From NCBI RefSeq assembly GCF_020745735.1, contig NC_083430.1, positions 23,240,909 through 23,304,908 of the forward strand: a DNA stretch of 64,000 bases, in the 5' to 3' direction. Origin of the DNA: Hemiscyllium ocellatum. Lineage: Eukaryota. How positions within the stretch are numbered: position 1 is the first letter of the stretch; every line of letters begins with the position of its first letter. Shown here one piece after another: positions 39,111 to 52,062 of this stretch. Below the pieces are notes generated by a model. That model had not been told where the DNA came from. It saw only the letters and a list, made by a program, of their open reading frames with translations, and did not search any database. Both the position numbers and the translations under genes were made by a program.

Positions 39111-39802
39111 GATGGCAGCTTGTGATTATGGTTAGGATACAATGCAACAGAGTGAGCAAACCGCACCATTTCCCTAAGACTGACAATAGCTAACTTGAAT
39201 AAACAGGAAAATGATTAAGAAACTAGTCTCTCCAGATTGCAAATCCAGCACTTTACAGTTAAAATACATTGGACTGCTGTCAGAATATGACATTTTAATT
39301 ACTTTCTGCAGACTTTAGTTATGTTGGTATGTTAAAGTAAAATGTTTTGTGCACAAGCTGTCATGGAGACGGGTTACTGGCCAAATCCCTAATAGCTGGG
39401 CCCTCCACAGAAATGAATTATATGGTTACAAGGCAGAGTTGGGAGGTGAACGTGCTTCACAGTTGGCTGATGTCCAGCGCCTGACGTGCAAAATATTAAT
39501 CTCAAATTGAGCAAAAGCAGAGTAAAAAGGATGATGCAATGTCTTACTGGGTTTTGTTGGAGACTGGATCACTTCAAACAGCACAATCCTCATTATAAAA
39601 GCACAAGGGAGCTTGTTTTATGTCAGACCAGAATATGTCAACAGTCTGCGCAATCTCACTGTATTGACATTCAATGACACTAGTGGGATTTATACAAAAG
39701 AATCATAACATTGAAACAGCCAGACATTTCCTGTTGGGTTATTCATTCTTCACAAGAACAGGCACCCTAATCTTATGTATCTGCTCAGTTTTCACATCAT
39801 TT

Positions 39803-40043
39803 CATTCTCCTATCCTTCAACCATCTATTTAACCTATTCCTAAATGTTGGTGTGATCTCTATCGCAATCATCAACTCTGATGGTGTATTTTGCAACTTTA
39901 CAATCCTCTATATAAAGACCTTTCTTTAGATGTTAAATACAAAATACAATTTTGAAAGATGTATGTTCCTGCGTTCTAGAGTCCAAAGTCTTTGGAAATA
40001 ATGGGTAGAATCTTCCCAGCTGCTGTCTAGTTAGTTGGGAAAA
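39803..40043 (+). repeat. Source copy of the 241-bp direct duplication (other copy 38636-38876)
   Basis: Manual alignment: ungapped, 8 substitutions in 241 bp. Confidence 0.95.
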
Positions 40044-41145
40044 TTAGTTACAGTCGGCAGAAATGAGATTCTCAGTGTTGAGGGAAAAATGTTCAATTTT
40101 CCAACAAAGTTTTGAAGTGAGATGTGCATTGTGCTAATGGACAGTGAGTGGTGTATTTGCATGTATTAGCATGTTATCTATTACAGAATTTCATCTCATT
40201 GATATGCAATCTCCCATTAACTGGATAGGAAAAAGATGGCGTTAACTCCTAACATGAAAGTCTATGAGAGTACCTCATGACACCAGGTAGTTACTGCTCT
40301 AGTGGGAAAGTTGAGGGGGGAATCAATTGTAAGGATTGACGGCAGCATGCTGGAATGCAGTGGGGATAAATTCAAGATATAAGGAGAAAGACAATATTAC
40401 ATTGGAGAACCTGGATTAAGGGGAAAGCGGGTGCCCTATTTGTCTGAGAAGCAATTATTTTTGTTCCCTCTCAATTTGCATGGTAAACGGCAGCTCTCAG
40501 CTAGCAAAGCTTGACTGGTGCCGAGCTGGGCTTTAGAAATGGAAAAATCCCAGGAGGTCCTGGCAGTGGGAGAGTGGCGAGAAGGTGGATATATTGAGTG
40601 AGACACTGTAAAGACATTATGCATGGGCAATGAGGTAAGTTTCAGGGAAGCATGTGAGAAATCATGAACAGAAATCCTCAATGAAACTCAACAAAATTGA
40701 TACTGAGCCAACTTCTGTTAAAATTCAGTTTAAAGTTTCTTTCAACTTTGTTGCAAAATCTGAAGCACTGTCACAATAGTAATAGAAGTACATGCTATTG
40801 GTTTTCAAATTCCATAATTGGATCTTCATGCCCAGGGCTTCCATGGACAGAAATGGTATTACAAAGAAAAAACACTGACTCAAAACAACCACATCAGTCA
40901 TCTGATCACAACTTGGCCAAGTTGAGAGAACAAAGGAAGACAAACAAAGATAGTCTGAACCAAATTAACATGTTGTCAGAAGGCACTGGAACAGTAACCC
41001 CATCAGGCAAGAATCCGCTATTCCTTTACACCGTAATGCAAGTTTTCACAGAACGAGGATAAAACTTCACTTAGTCAAAAACCTAAAGAAACACATTCCT
41101 TCTAATAATAGAAATGTACAATACAAGCTTGTATTTCAAGGAAAA

Positions 41146-41350
41146 AAAGGCAAAATACTGCAGATGCTGGGGATCTAAATTTTAAAAAAGACTAAGTGCT
41201 GGAAATGTCAGCAGATCTCAGGCAGCACCTATGGAGACAGAAAACAACGTTAACATTTCAAGTCTGATCGGATTCTTTGTTGGATTTAAGAAGATTCTTT
41301 CTTCACAGATGTTTCCAGATCTGCTGAATTTCTCCAACATTTTCTTTTCT
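41146..41350. repeat. Older inverted pair of Penelope-derived terminal elements
   Basis: aatactgcagatgctgg..gtgctggaaat..cagcagatctc vs ccagatctgctgaatttctccaacattt. Degenerate HHR remnant at the centre. Confidence 0.6.
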
Positions 41351-44300
41351 TATTATATTTCAAGGAATTGCTCTTGGTTAAGCAAAAGCAACAGTGACCA
41401 GCTGGAGTAAGTACTCTCTTGGCCTTTTAACGGGGTAAAGTGCCTGATGATGGAACTGATCAAACAGTATTATCAGAATATCAAAAGCATAAAGGCTAGC
41501 TGATGTATTTGCTACGGCTGATGACACCAATTAACAATTATGGTATCAAGATAAAACCTTACCTTCTAAGGATATCCTAATGACTTTAATCCATATATTT
41601 CTTTCCTTTCCTCTAGTACTGAATGCGTTTTAAACTTTGAACCAGTGTGCATGTATACTTGACATCATGTCTATTATTTTTCTTGGCATTATCAGATAAT
41701 AAAATTGTTTTTGCTTACACTCAAAAAAACCTTGTAATTGGCTCCTTATGGATATAATTGATATTAGGTAACGATATTCTTATTAGAGGTCTGGACTTCT
41801 GCTCGAAAAGAATCTTAAACCTTTTCTTCAGCCAAGCAGGAAGGTTCAGCCTTCATCACCTGATGTTTACAAATCGAACCATAATTGTTTGTTTTAAGGA
41901 AAATAACCCCAACTTTCAATGCATACTTCATACATGATAATTACTCATAACAGGCAGTCTTCTAGAAAATCTGCATGGAACCTTCTAGAAAGCCTTGATA
42001 TCCTCCGTGTTGTATGAAACTGAAGATTGTGCACAATACCACAACTGTGGTTGTATTAATTTTTTAATCTCATAATTATATCTGAATATTTTCATCTACT
42101 CTTTGCAATTAAGCACATTTCTTTAGCTTGCTTTTAGAAAAATTGCCTTATCCAAGCAGCTTTGAACATGAACCACCTCTTCTTTTATGTCATCCCCCTT
42201 TTTTCCTTCAATCTTAGGATTTTTAAACAAAATGCACCACTTCACATTTCTAATACACCATCTTAAACAACCTTTCATAGTTTTTGTTTTTCTTTAGAGT
42301 CCATTTACTTTGTATCCTATGTTTGAATTGTGTACGAAAGGGATCAGCAAGTACCTGTATTTCTAAAATGGTAGAATGGGAAATGAAGGGTTCCCTCAAT
42401 AGCACCTTTGGGACACTTCCATTCACAATTCTCTTCTAGTCAGCCTCCTCATATCTTGCCCTTCACTAATCTAGTTTGCTCTCCTTCCTGATTGCATGCT
42501 ATTTAATCTCTTCCAATTGTCTTTGGATGATTCACCAGAAGTTTTCTGAAAAGCCCAAATGTAGCATGTTTATTACAGTGTCCCAATCCACCAAATTAGA
42601 CACTTCAGAAAACATGATCAATTATGATCAAAAACCCATATTGTTTTAATTATTTCTCCATCTAGATATTTAGTAACTTCATCTTTAAGTAAAGATTGCA
42701 AAAGATGTTAAACTAACTTGCCTGCTCTTACTTTGGATTTCTCTGCTGCTTATTGTGAAACTGTATTACAGTGGCAGCTCTCCAGATGTCCAGGGCAAGC
42801 CTCTCTCAACTGTTCCAGACAGCATTTTGAACTTTGACCACTAATTCTGCATTTTACATACAGGATCCTCAGATGTATACACTCTGATCCTAGTGCCTTT
42901 GTTGTCCTTTAGTTTAACTAAATCCTCCAAACCTTCCCTTTCATTTCAGCTTTTCCTCAATATTAGTCTTTTCCATAAACATTGAATTGCTCATTAATTT
43001 TCTGCCAACTCTGGCTCATCCTTTCCAAACTCTCTCAATCCTCACATCTCAAGACCCTCAAAGCTTGACACTTATTTTGCAGAATGCATTACTGTTTCTT
43101 TGTAAATATGATTGAGGTTACCTTATACTCCTTCCTGGCTTTACAGATCTTTTTTAACATTTGGCCTTACTTTCCCTTATTTTAAAATAAATGGCGTAAA
43201 GATTTTTCTTAAAGTAAAATCGACTCGAGTTTGGGGTCAAGTTCACAGTAACCTTGGATTGATCTGAATAAATTATATCTGCTACTTTGCATAAAAGACT
43301 CTGTGGCTTTATGACATGCAATCAGCATTCTCTCTGATTTTCATTCTGACTGTGCAGGCCTCTGACGGTCTAGTGCTAGACAGCAGTGTTGCAGTCAATG
43401 CATCAATACTGATTGCCATGCACAGATTTTAACAGTGGCTATGTGTATGCAACCGCACATCTTCAAGGGAACAAGCAACATTAAATTGATCATCTAAAGC
43501 ATGCCCTGGGTTCCCTTTTCTGGGACCATCCTGCTGTTAAATTCCTACTTTTGGTTTTGCATCCAGACTCTAAATCAAATGAGTAACTGGCCTTTATGAG
43601 GAAAATGTAACTATAAATCCACATGTCTGACATAACCAACTGTCAGAAATCTTAATCACAAGAAGCTGTGGAATACTGAGAATCTTAATATTGCTTAATG
43701 AAAATTAAGTTATGATCATAGACTGTTAATTAATTATAAAGCCACCTCTCATTCATTACATTTCTACAATTACATTTCAGAGCTATGAGAGTCAGTACTT
43801 GTTAATGAGCAGAAATCCCATAAGGGTTAACTAGATGATCCCACGCTTCCTGCAGCAAAGTTAGATATAAAAGGAGCTTGTGCAAGAGATGGGCTCCAAA
43901 GCTGTAACCACAATTCTTTAGCCAGAAATCCATGAGCACAGCTTCCCAGGGGGACTGTGGAATTAGCAACACAGTTCAAGACAGTATGAGATTACCCTTC
44001 ATTATTACAGCATTGCCTGCACTTCAAACGAGCAGAATTGGCAACTAGATTGGAACTCTCCGTCAAACCTATTTCTTTCTTTTGGTCATCTTCCCTGATA
44101 TCTCAAATAGCTCAGTAAAATTTTATTTCATAATGTTCTTGCAGAGAATGTCTATGGATTTTGTAATATGGTAAAAGGTGCCATACAAATCCAATCTGTT
44201 TTCTCACTGTTGATATAAAAGGCATTGTATAAATGTAAGTCAATTTCCCACAGGGAATATAGGTCGTTAAACCCGGAAATGAACGTACTGGAGGTCCATT

Positions 44301-44479
44301 TTGAAATATACAACACATATGGACCAATATGTGTCATTCACCAGTTTTACTGTTTTCCCTCTTTCTGGATTTGCATTCACATAGCAACTTCTCTGAACTC
44401 AGAACACCTTAATCTAGTTTACAGATAACTTTAAAAAGTGATCAGACTTTAAAAGTATTTAATGTAAGAAATTCAGTAG

Positions 44480-44705
44480 GCAATTTGCACTGGTTTTTCT
44501 ATGATATACCACAAGATCTTTAACATCTGCCTAGGAAGGCGGATGAGGCTTTAGTTTAGAAAGATATTGGAAAGACAACACCTCTGATAGTATAGCACTG
44601 CGTCAGTATTACCGAACCTCAATAGTGTCAACGTAGATAACGTGCTCAGATTTACGGAGTAGGTCTTAAATCTGTGACCCTCTTTTCAGAGGTGAGCAGA
44701 TGGAC
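44480..44705 (-). mobile_element. DeuSINE (SacSINE1/AmnSINE-like) fragment
   Basis: gatctttaacatctgcctaggaaggcggatgaggctttagtttag..gaaagacaacacctctgatagtatagcactgc resembles the reverse complement of the Deu domain (recalled consensus). Confidence 0.55.
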
Positions 44706-45099
44706 ACATTCCTTTGTCTTGTACAAACTATTGTGCCAAAACAAACCATGCTCCATAGTCCATCAATCTGGAGAAGGAAATAGTTAACTAAAAATAAGCA
44801 ACTTGGATTGTCAAATTTTAATGATGTTTCTGTCAACATCTCTGGTAGACAAAGTTTAAGTGAGATCACCGAGCTCTCCTGATGAAGACAGCCACCTTTA
44901 ATCGTGATACAATCTTACTTCTCAATAAATGAAATTAGAATTTAAGCAGTCTATCATGTGGCACTGGACATCAGTTTATGAGAAACTTGTAGAAATTCTA
45001 ACACTGTTGCAAGATAATCGGATCATTCTACATTTCAGTCAAACTGGCAGACACCCAGCAGAGTACTGTTGCAAAATGTTGAGGTACACAGCTGTTTAC

Positions 45100-45286
45100 C
45101 TGTGATGGGCTTGGCACAGGCTGCACACTTCTTGGCATACAGGTTTCCAAAACACTTGAGGCAGTACGGAGAGTCCTCCCGGGAGGTGAATTGCTGGCCA
45201 GCCAGCTGAGTCTTGCACCCATTGCAGACAAAGCATTCTTTGTGGTAAGGTTCATCATGATAAGTAACACCTCCTTTGGTCAAGGC
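45100..45286 (-). CDS. FHL3: FHL3 coding exon 4: ALTKGGVTYHDEPYHKECFVCNGCKTQLAGQQFTSREDSPYCLKCFGNLYAKKCAACAKPIT(G)
   Basis: Inside ORF 45035..45292. gtgcag|GCC acceptor, G|gtaaac donor, 187 nt. LAGQQFTSR is FHL3-like. Confidence 0.96.
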
Positions 45287-45454
45287 CTGCACATTCAGAA
45301 GAAATCATTAGAATCATCCCTGAATCAGATTAAATTGACACTAGCTTTCTAAAGAAGGATATTGAGCAGGTTGTAGACTTGAAGAACCTTTTCAGAGACA
45401 AGAACAATTGAAGTAATAGAAGAAACTGAGTGGATTAAGTTTGGGGAGCTGATG

Positions 45455-45770
45455 GCCTGGTGGTTTTATGGCTGGACTGTTAACCAAGAGACTCAGGGAA
45501 TGTTTTGGGGACCTGGGTTCAAATCCAGTCATAGCAGATGGTGAGATTTGAATTCAATAAAAATCTGTAATTATAGTAATGATCATGAAAATATTGTCGA
45601 TTATCAGGAAAAACACATCAAATTCACTAATATCCTTTATGGAAGGAAACTGCCATAGTGGCCTACATGTGAATCCAGACCCATAGCAATATGGCTGACT
45701 CTTTACTCTCTGGGCAATAAATGCTGGCCTGGCTAATAACGCCCTCATCCTATTCATGGATTAAAAAAAG
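45455..45770 (+). mobile_element. tRNA-derived shark SINE, near full length
   Basis: B-box gggttcaaatcc; body gaattcaataaaaatctg..ggcctacatgtgaatccagacc..gggcaataaatgctggcc; A-rich tail. Confidence 0.75.
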
Positions 45771-46237
45771 CATCTTCATGCCTTGAAGGAATAGAACTGG
45801 AATGCTAAAGTAATGCTCGTAAACCAAAGGGCTATCAGGCTGAACACTAACCTGGATGCTGATCTATGCCAGCTACCTCTGCACAGTAGCAAGAGAACAA
45901 TACATGGGAAATGCAGTAACTTGCTTTCATGACAGCTTACTGTCAATTATTTGGATGTCCAAACATAGTCATATGATTATGAGAGAAGAACATTTTTATT
46001 CTCCTTCAAGCCAAGTTTGTTCTTCCCATCATAAGAGTCACACACAGATTGCTGTTGTAACTGTGCTGGGTAGGGATGAACCCAAAGCAAACAAACAAAC
46101 AAACAATGGACCTAAGAAAATCCTCTGACATAAGCGACTGACTTAGCTGCTGAATTGGAGGTTGAGTTCGGTCAATGTACACTTTCTAACACTAAAACTG
46201 CAGGATCTCAAAACAGCAGCTATATAACCTTATAGAG

Positions 46238-46458
46238 GTAAAAACAATGACTGCAGATGCTGGAAACCAGATTCTGGATTAGAGTGGTGCTGGAAAAGCA
46301 CAGCAATTCAAGCAGCATCTGAGGAGCAAGAAAATCGACGTTTTGGGCAAAAGCCCTTCATCAGGAATACGATAGGCTTTTGCCCAAAACATCGATTTTC
46401 CTGCTCCTCGGATGCTGCCTGAACTGCTGTGCTTTTCCAGCACCACTCTAATCCAGAA
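46238..46458. repeat. Head-to-head palindrome of Penelope-derived elements centred on a hammerhead motif
   Basis: 84-bp arms (46272-46355 / 46375-46458) with 5 mismatches and a 19-nt spacer. Confidence 0.9.
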
Positions 46459-47500
46459 GCTAGAAAACATTACACAGGCCTGATCACGGTGTGATCATTC
46501 TACTGTACCAGTAGTGAAAAAATAAGAGGTGGTTGAACTTTCTACAAATCACTATTTAGGCCTTAGCTGAAATATTCTGTCCAATTATGGATGTCACACT
46601 TAAGGAAGAATATCACGCACTTGGAGATGGTGCAGAGGAGGTACACCAGATTACTGACAAGTGAAACTAGAGAAGCTGAGATTTTCTCTTTGGGGATGCG
46701 AAGATGAAGATATTTAACTTAAGATTTAATGAAGGTATTTTAAAAAATGGCATGTTAGTGGAGTAGTAACGAAGAAGAAACTATTTTGAATGATAAGAGG
46801 GACAGTAACCAGAGAATGTGGATTCAAATAATTTAGCAAAAAACAGGCAGGTAATGGCAAAACAAAAATTGGGAGATGGAAAGTTTGAAAATTAGTATAA
46901 AAGGTTCTCATGGTCTGGCATGGATTGGCTGAAAGGATCAAAAGTACTCTTCAAAAAGAAACTTGATAAGTAGTGGAGAAGGATACAATATGTTGGGCTA
47001 AGAGTAACGGGATGTGGGTCAAACTAATTGGAGATCTACATGCTGACACAGGTGACAATGATGAACTAAATGGCATCCTATTTGCATACTCACTCACCGA
47101 ATAAGGGTCATTTTAAAAACTTGAGCAACGTACTATGATTGCCAGTGGAAGTGTCGGTAGTACTACTTTATTATGAAAGATGCAGAATAAATCAGTTATT
47201 GGGAGATTTAATGATCTCCTCATTTGCATTAGTTTTACTGCTGAATAAATAGAGTCCTTATTAAGAGATCTGAACTGGTCAATCAAATTTTCAACTGCCA
47301 GAATTCTCTTGGCAAGATGGTTTATACATGGTTTAAATAGTAGGACATGTAGCCACACGGTTATATTTTCTTCTGTTTTCATAAAGGTCTCTTAAAAGGA
47401 CGTGTACTGTAGAATGAGTATCCAAAGTAAAAGAACATTCAGCATCCAAAAGGTAAACAATGCTTTAGAGAGTCTTGTCAAATTAAGTGTCAGGCACTAC

Positions 47501-47670
47501 CTTCTTGCAGCGGAAACAGCGTGGAGCAAAGTGGTTCTCATAGCAAGGCACACAGTAAATCTCACTCTTATCAGGAACAAAGGCCTTGGATCCAATTGGC
47601 TGCTCGCAGGTGTGACAAATAAAGCATCCTTCATGCCAAGTGCTGCCATTGTATTCAAGCTTACGGGTAC
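47501..47670 (-). CDS. FHL3: FHL3 coding exon 3: (G)TRKLEYNGSTWHEGCFICHTCEQPIGSKAFVPDKSEIYCVPCYENHFAPRCFRCKK
   Basis: Inside ORF 47483..47773. gtgtcag|GT acceptor, AAG|gtagtg donor, 170 nt, phases match neighbouring exons. LIM Cys/His pattern. Confidence 0.96.
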
Positions 47671-47778
47671 CTGACACAGAAAAGTTAATCATCATCACAC
47701 AACAATCACAGATAACAGTGCAACACCCCTGGGCTAGCTGAGTTTCATGGTGTCTGGACCAAGATCCACTCAAATGGT

Positions 47779-47893
47779 AGGAGAAAGTGAAGACTGCAGA
47801 TGCTGGAGAATTCGGGTCTGAAATGTCGATTCTCCTGCTCCTTGGATGCTGCCTGACCAGCTGTGCTTTTCCAGCACCACACTCTCGACTCCA
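47779..47893. repeat. Rearranged Penelope-derived short element (inverted junction)
   Basis: aggagaaagtgaagactgcagatgctggaga joined to tgaaatgtcgattctcctgctcc..ccagcaccacactctcgactc. Confidence 0.75.
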
Positions 47894-48342
47894 CTCAATG
47901 GTATCATGGAATCAGAATCATAACTCAGTTGGGCAGATTTTCTCTTCAGCTTCTTGGGGTCAAAACTAAGAGTGGAAATGGTTATCATAAATGTGTGTGA
48001 AGGCTGCAACTGATTTCTTGTATAGTAATACATACCTTGAAGTGCAGATGCTGGAGAGGTGTAATATACAGTTTGATGAACTGGGTTAGACTGTGGAGGT
48101 ATGTGTCTGTGCTCTTAATATTAGTGCACAGGTCATTCTTTCACTGTGTAGCCTGATGTCACCCTCATTGATTTTCCATGCTCATTTTAAGGTACTGCTG
48201 GATTGGACAATGAATATCCCTTACTCCTTCACCTAAACAAAAGACCCTCGAAACACGAACATTGGCAAAATATTCAGACTATGGTGGAAGTTCATGTACT
48301 CACCAGCAAACAAGAGCATCACTGCACCTACTACCCTTCCAA

Positions 48343-48686
48343 AGGAGAAAGTGAGGGCTGCAAATGCTGGAGAGTCTGAATTGAAAAGTGTGGCACTGGA
48401 AAAGCACAGCAGGTCAGGCAGTATCTGAGGAGCAGAAGAGTCTATGTTTCGGGCATAAGACCTTCATCAGGAATGTGGAGGGGGAAGGGGGCTGAGAGAT
48501 AAACTGGGGTGGGGGCAAAGATACAAGTGGGGGAGTAAGTGGGGAATTGCCACCTCCCTGACCCCACATCCAATCGCTTTGTCAGCTAATTTTCCTGCTC
48601 CTCGGATGCTGCCTGATCTGCTGCGCTTTTCCAGCAACACACTCTCGACTCTGATCTCCAGCATCTGCAGTACTCACTTTCTCCCA
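48343..48686. repeat. Inverted pair of Penelope-derived terminal elements with hammerhead motif (minus, 48438-48475)
   Basis: ggagaaagtgagggctgcaaatgctggaga... vs ...tctccagcatctgcagtactcactttctcc. Minus strand attc-CTGATGA-A-GGTCttatGCCC-GAAAC-ATA-gact. Confidence 0.85.
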
Positions 48687-49506
48687 GTTTGGAATCTTCC
48701 ACGATATCTTTGCTTTTCAAACTCTGGACTCCCATTGCATCCCTAATTTAAACTCTCCATTATTGGTGCCTGTGCAATTTGTACCCAGGTTCCAGAATAC
48801 TCTTCCTGCACCTCTTTCCTTGTTTAAGATGTTCCTTTAAAACCTGCCTGTTTGGCTAAGCCTTTGGATACCTGATCTACCATCATGTTATGTAGCTAAA
48901 TCAGTATTATTTTGAATGGTCTCTGAATTGCCTTAGGATCTTCATTACATTAAAGGTGCTATATTATTATCAGTTGTTGTTGTTAAGCAGAGAAGGATTT
49001 GGGTTCTGCAACTTACTGCCAATGGATCAGAATGAGTCAGTCAGGATTCCGTGCAAATAAGAATTTTCTGTTACCTAATATCTTTCTGGCTGCTCATTGC
49101 AAAATGAAATGTTTCCAGTGTTGGTTATGCTTAACTGGCTATAACGTAAGGAGAGTGTTGGAATGGCTCTATATCATGCAGCTGGTGAATGTGTACAATT
49201 TGGCTTGTAGACACATGTAAATGTACAAATCTTGAGCTCAGCAATAAAGAGCTAAAATAATTCAAACAGGCTGAGTGAATAAGTCCAGACTGAAAACAAT
49301 TCAGGATTTCTGGTCCATTTATAGGTCAGATTTCTGATTCTTCTTTAAAATCGTAATTTTGAACATTTCATAAATAAGATGAAAAATTGCATTATAGACT
49401 TTGTTGATATGTGAAAAAGTGTTTTGACAAACTCCAGCAAGAGATGGGGTGGACATGGGGGCTAGGTCAGTAAAGCATTTGACAAATGAGATTAAAGGCC
49501 ACATAC

Positions 49507-49681
49507 CAGGCATGACGACCTTGTCACAAGCAATACATTTTGAGGAGAATTCACTGCAGTAGCAATCATTGCACAACAGCTCTTCTTCCTGACATGTAAA
49601 TGGCTCATCTGCCAGAGATCTGTCACAGCGATAACACCTGAAGCAATGCTCATGGTAGTGGCGGTCTTCGTAGAACAGTTC
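49507..49681 (-). CDS. FHL3: FHL3 coding exon 2: ELFYEDRHYHEHCFRCYRCDRSLADEPFTCQEEELLCNDCYCSEFSSKCIACDKVVMP(G)
   Basis: cag|GAA acceptor, G|gtatgt donor, 175 nt. ELFYEDRH, SLADEPFTCQ and LLCNDCYCS are FHL3-diagnostic (FHL2 has DLSYKDRH/SLVDKPF). Confidence 0.96.
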
Positions 49682-51796
49682 CTGATCGAGAAACAGAGAA
49701 AAAAAAAGCAGAGAGAGATGATACTCTGCAGCTTTTTAAGAACATCGCTCAATCATCTGAATGATTCAGAGGGTTCACTGCTGACTCTGAAACCCTAGTG
49801 AATGACTCATGTTAAGAAAGAATTTGTTTTTCGTGTCCTTTGACTAACCCCAAATGTTTCACAGCTAACAAATTACTCAAATGTTTGGTAAATGTAGCGA
49901 AAAAGTAACTAATTTGTGCACAAGATGCCACAAACAATAGTGAAATGATTGAGCAATTAACTGGTTTTGTGGTGTTGGTCAAGTGACGAATCTTAAATTA
50001 AAATCCAAGGACAAAAACACAGATATACGACTATAATCACAGAAAGACACTAAATCTGTCAGTGGTGAGCCCCAAATGGACAGTAAAGTGATTGTATGGT
50101 AGATGTAAGCAGACATACATATTCATGATGATTACAAGTCACAGTCCATCACCAATGCATTCAAGTTTTGCTCCTATTTTCTCACCACATCTCTTGAGGT
50201 GATGACATGTTGGAATGTGGCCCTATCTGGTGCTTTAGCCAAGTGGTGACATTGTACATGTACTACTATCTTGACAGGGATCCATTAATTCAACAAAGAT
50301 GAAATATTGAGCCGGAGAATTTTCTGATGGCTCAGTCTCCGTTCCACGCTGAGCAGAAAGAAAATTTACCAACTACCTGACCAGAGGAGTTCCTGCTGCT
50401 TTCCATAACCTGGCATTCTTGTCTCAGTGACCCCTATCTACTGGATACTGACATCAAAGACAATCTCAAGTGTTACATGACAACATGCCAAAACATATTC
50501 ACAATAACCTATAACTAAACATCAAAAAGCTCCACGCTTGGATTTTGAAAGGCAGCATGCACCAGAACATTCCCATGTATCCAAATTCTTTTGAAACACA
50601 TCTGCTCACTTCCATTGAAACTTACTCCAGCGTAAGAGAGTAGGAATCTCATTTCCTGTGTTGAGTACACCCCCCCTCCCCACCCTTTCAGGTGTTTGTA
50701 TTCGGCACAGGAGCAAACTGAGAGCTCTCTCTTTTAGACAATAATCGGCCATCATGGGTTTAATAAGGAAGGTTCAAAATGAAATTATTTTACAACATTT
50801 CTCTGTTGAATTCATATACATCTAGTTCTGACAAGACGTAATTCCAATGGAGCCCAGTTGAATATTGCTCTGCTCATTTGGAAAGGTTCAATCTGCCTTT
50901 GATCTCAAGTAGTCTGTTATTACGATGTACCCATAAGTCATGTTATGTGCATATGCAGAAGTGGGAAAGGAGCTTAAAAGGACTGTTTTAATTCATTGTG
51001 AATTGAAAATAAACCTCTGCATAATTCCAAACCTGAGCTAGTTTACTATTGGCAATTTTATAGAAGAATGCGTGAAACTGGCATTCCAGACTCATTAATA
51101 TGAAGGTATTGCTATAGACTACTCGTTGATCCATGTAGGTTACTTTCATTAAGAAGCAAGATTCTGCAAAACATTTGATTATTCCAGGAGGAATCTTACA
51201 CACTACAGCCCAATATTTTAATTTCAGTGGAAACTGAATCACCATCAGAAGGTGGGTAGGTGGTGGCTTTAATGCATTGAATGTGCATGATCTGAAACAA
51301 TGGAGAGAATTGCATGAGTACAGTGCTACTGCTTGCGAGAAGCTGAAAAGGATTCAAAAAAAGTGAGTCAACATAGTGGGGTGGACAGAGGCTGAACCGC
51401 TTGAACAGAAGCTGTAATCACTTGCTTCAGAAGTGGAAACACCAATGTAGAAATTCACTCAGACCATAGAAAGATGATAGAACAAAAAGGAAGGCCTTTC
51501 AGGCATCAAGCGTGAACCAGCTCTCTGCAAATTTGGTCCTTGAAGAAGCATTTTAGCTCCCATTGACCAGATTGGATACCACAGCTTTCAAACAAAATGG
51601 ATAAGTTTCAACTGCAATCCAAAAATATCCAAGTTGGTTTCACAATTTATTTATACACTTAAATACAGCATGCATTGCATGATTGTTAAAGACATTTTAT
51701 CATGATTTCAATCTTTGTGGTCGAAACATAAATTAGTTAGATTGAAACAATAATAAAAGTTTCAATAGACGATGCAACATTATGATTTCAATTAAG

Positions 51797-52062
51797 GCAA
51801 AAAAATACTGCGGATGATGGAAATTAAAATAAAAAGAAAACAGAATGCAGAAGAAACACTGCAGGTTTGACATAATATGTGGAGACAGTTCACATTTCAT
51901 TTCTTCTTCAGAACTGAAAAGGTCTTGAAAATGTCACAGACAAAAAACACAACTTTCCATCTCCTTGCAATTTTGAAGGCAACTTGAAATGTGAACTCTA
52001 GTTTGTCTTCACAGATGCTGCCAAACGTGCAGAGTTTCTCCAGCATTCTCGGTTTTTCTTTT
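51797..52062. repeat. Older inverted pair of Penelope-derived terminal elements
   Basis: aatactgcggatgatggaaat..gaaacactgcaggtttgaca vs tgctgccaaacgtgcagagtttctccagcatt. Confidence 0.55.
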
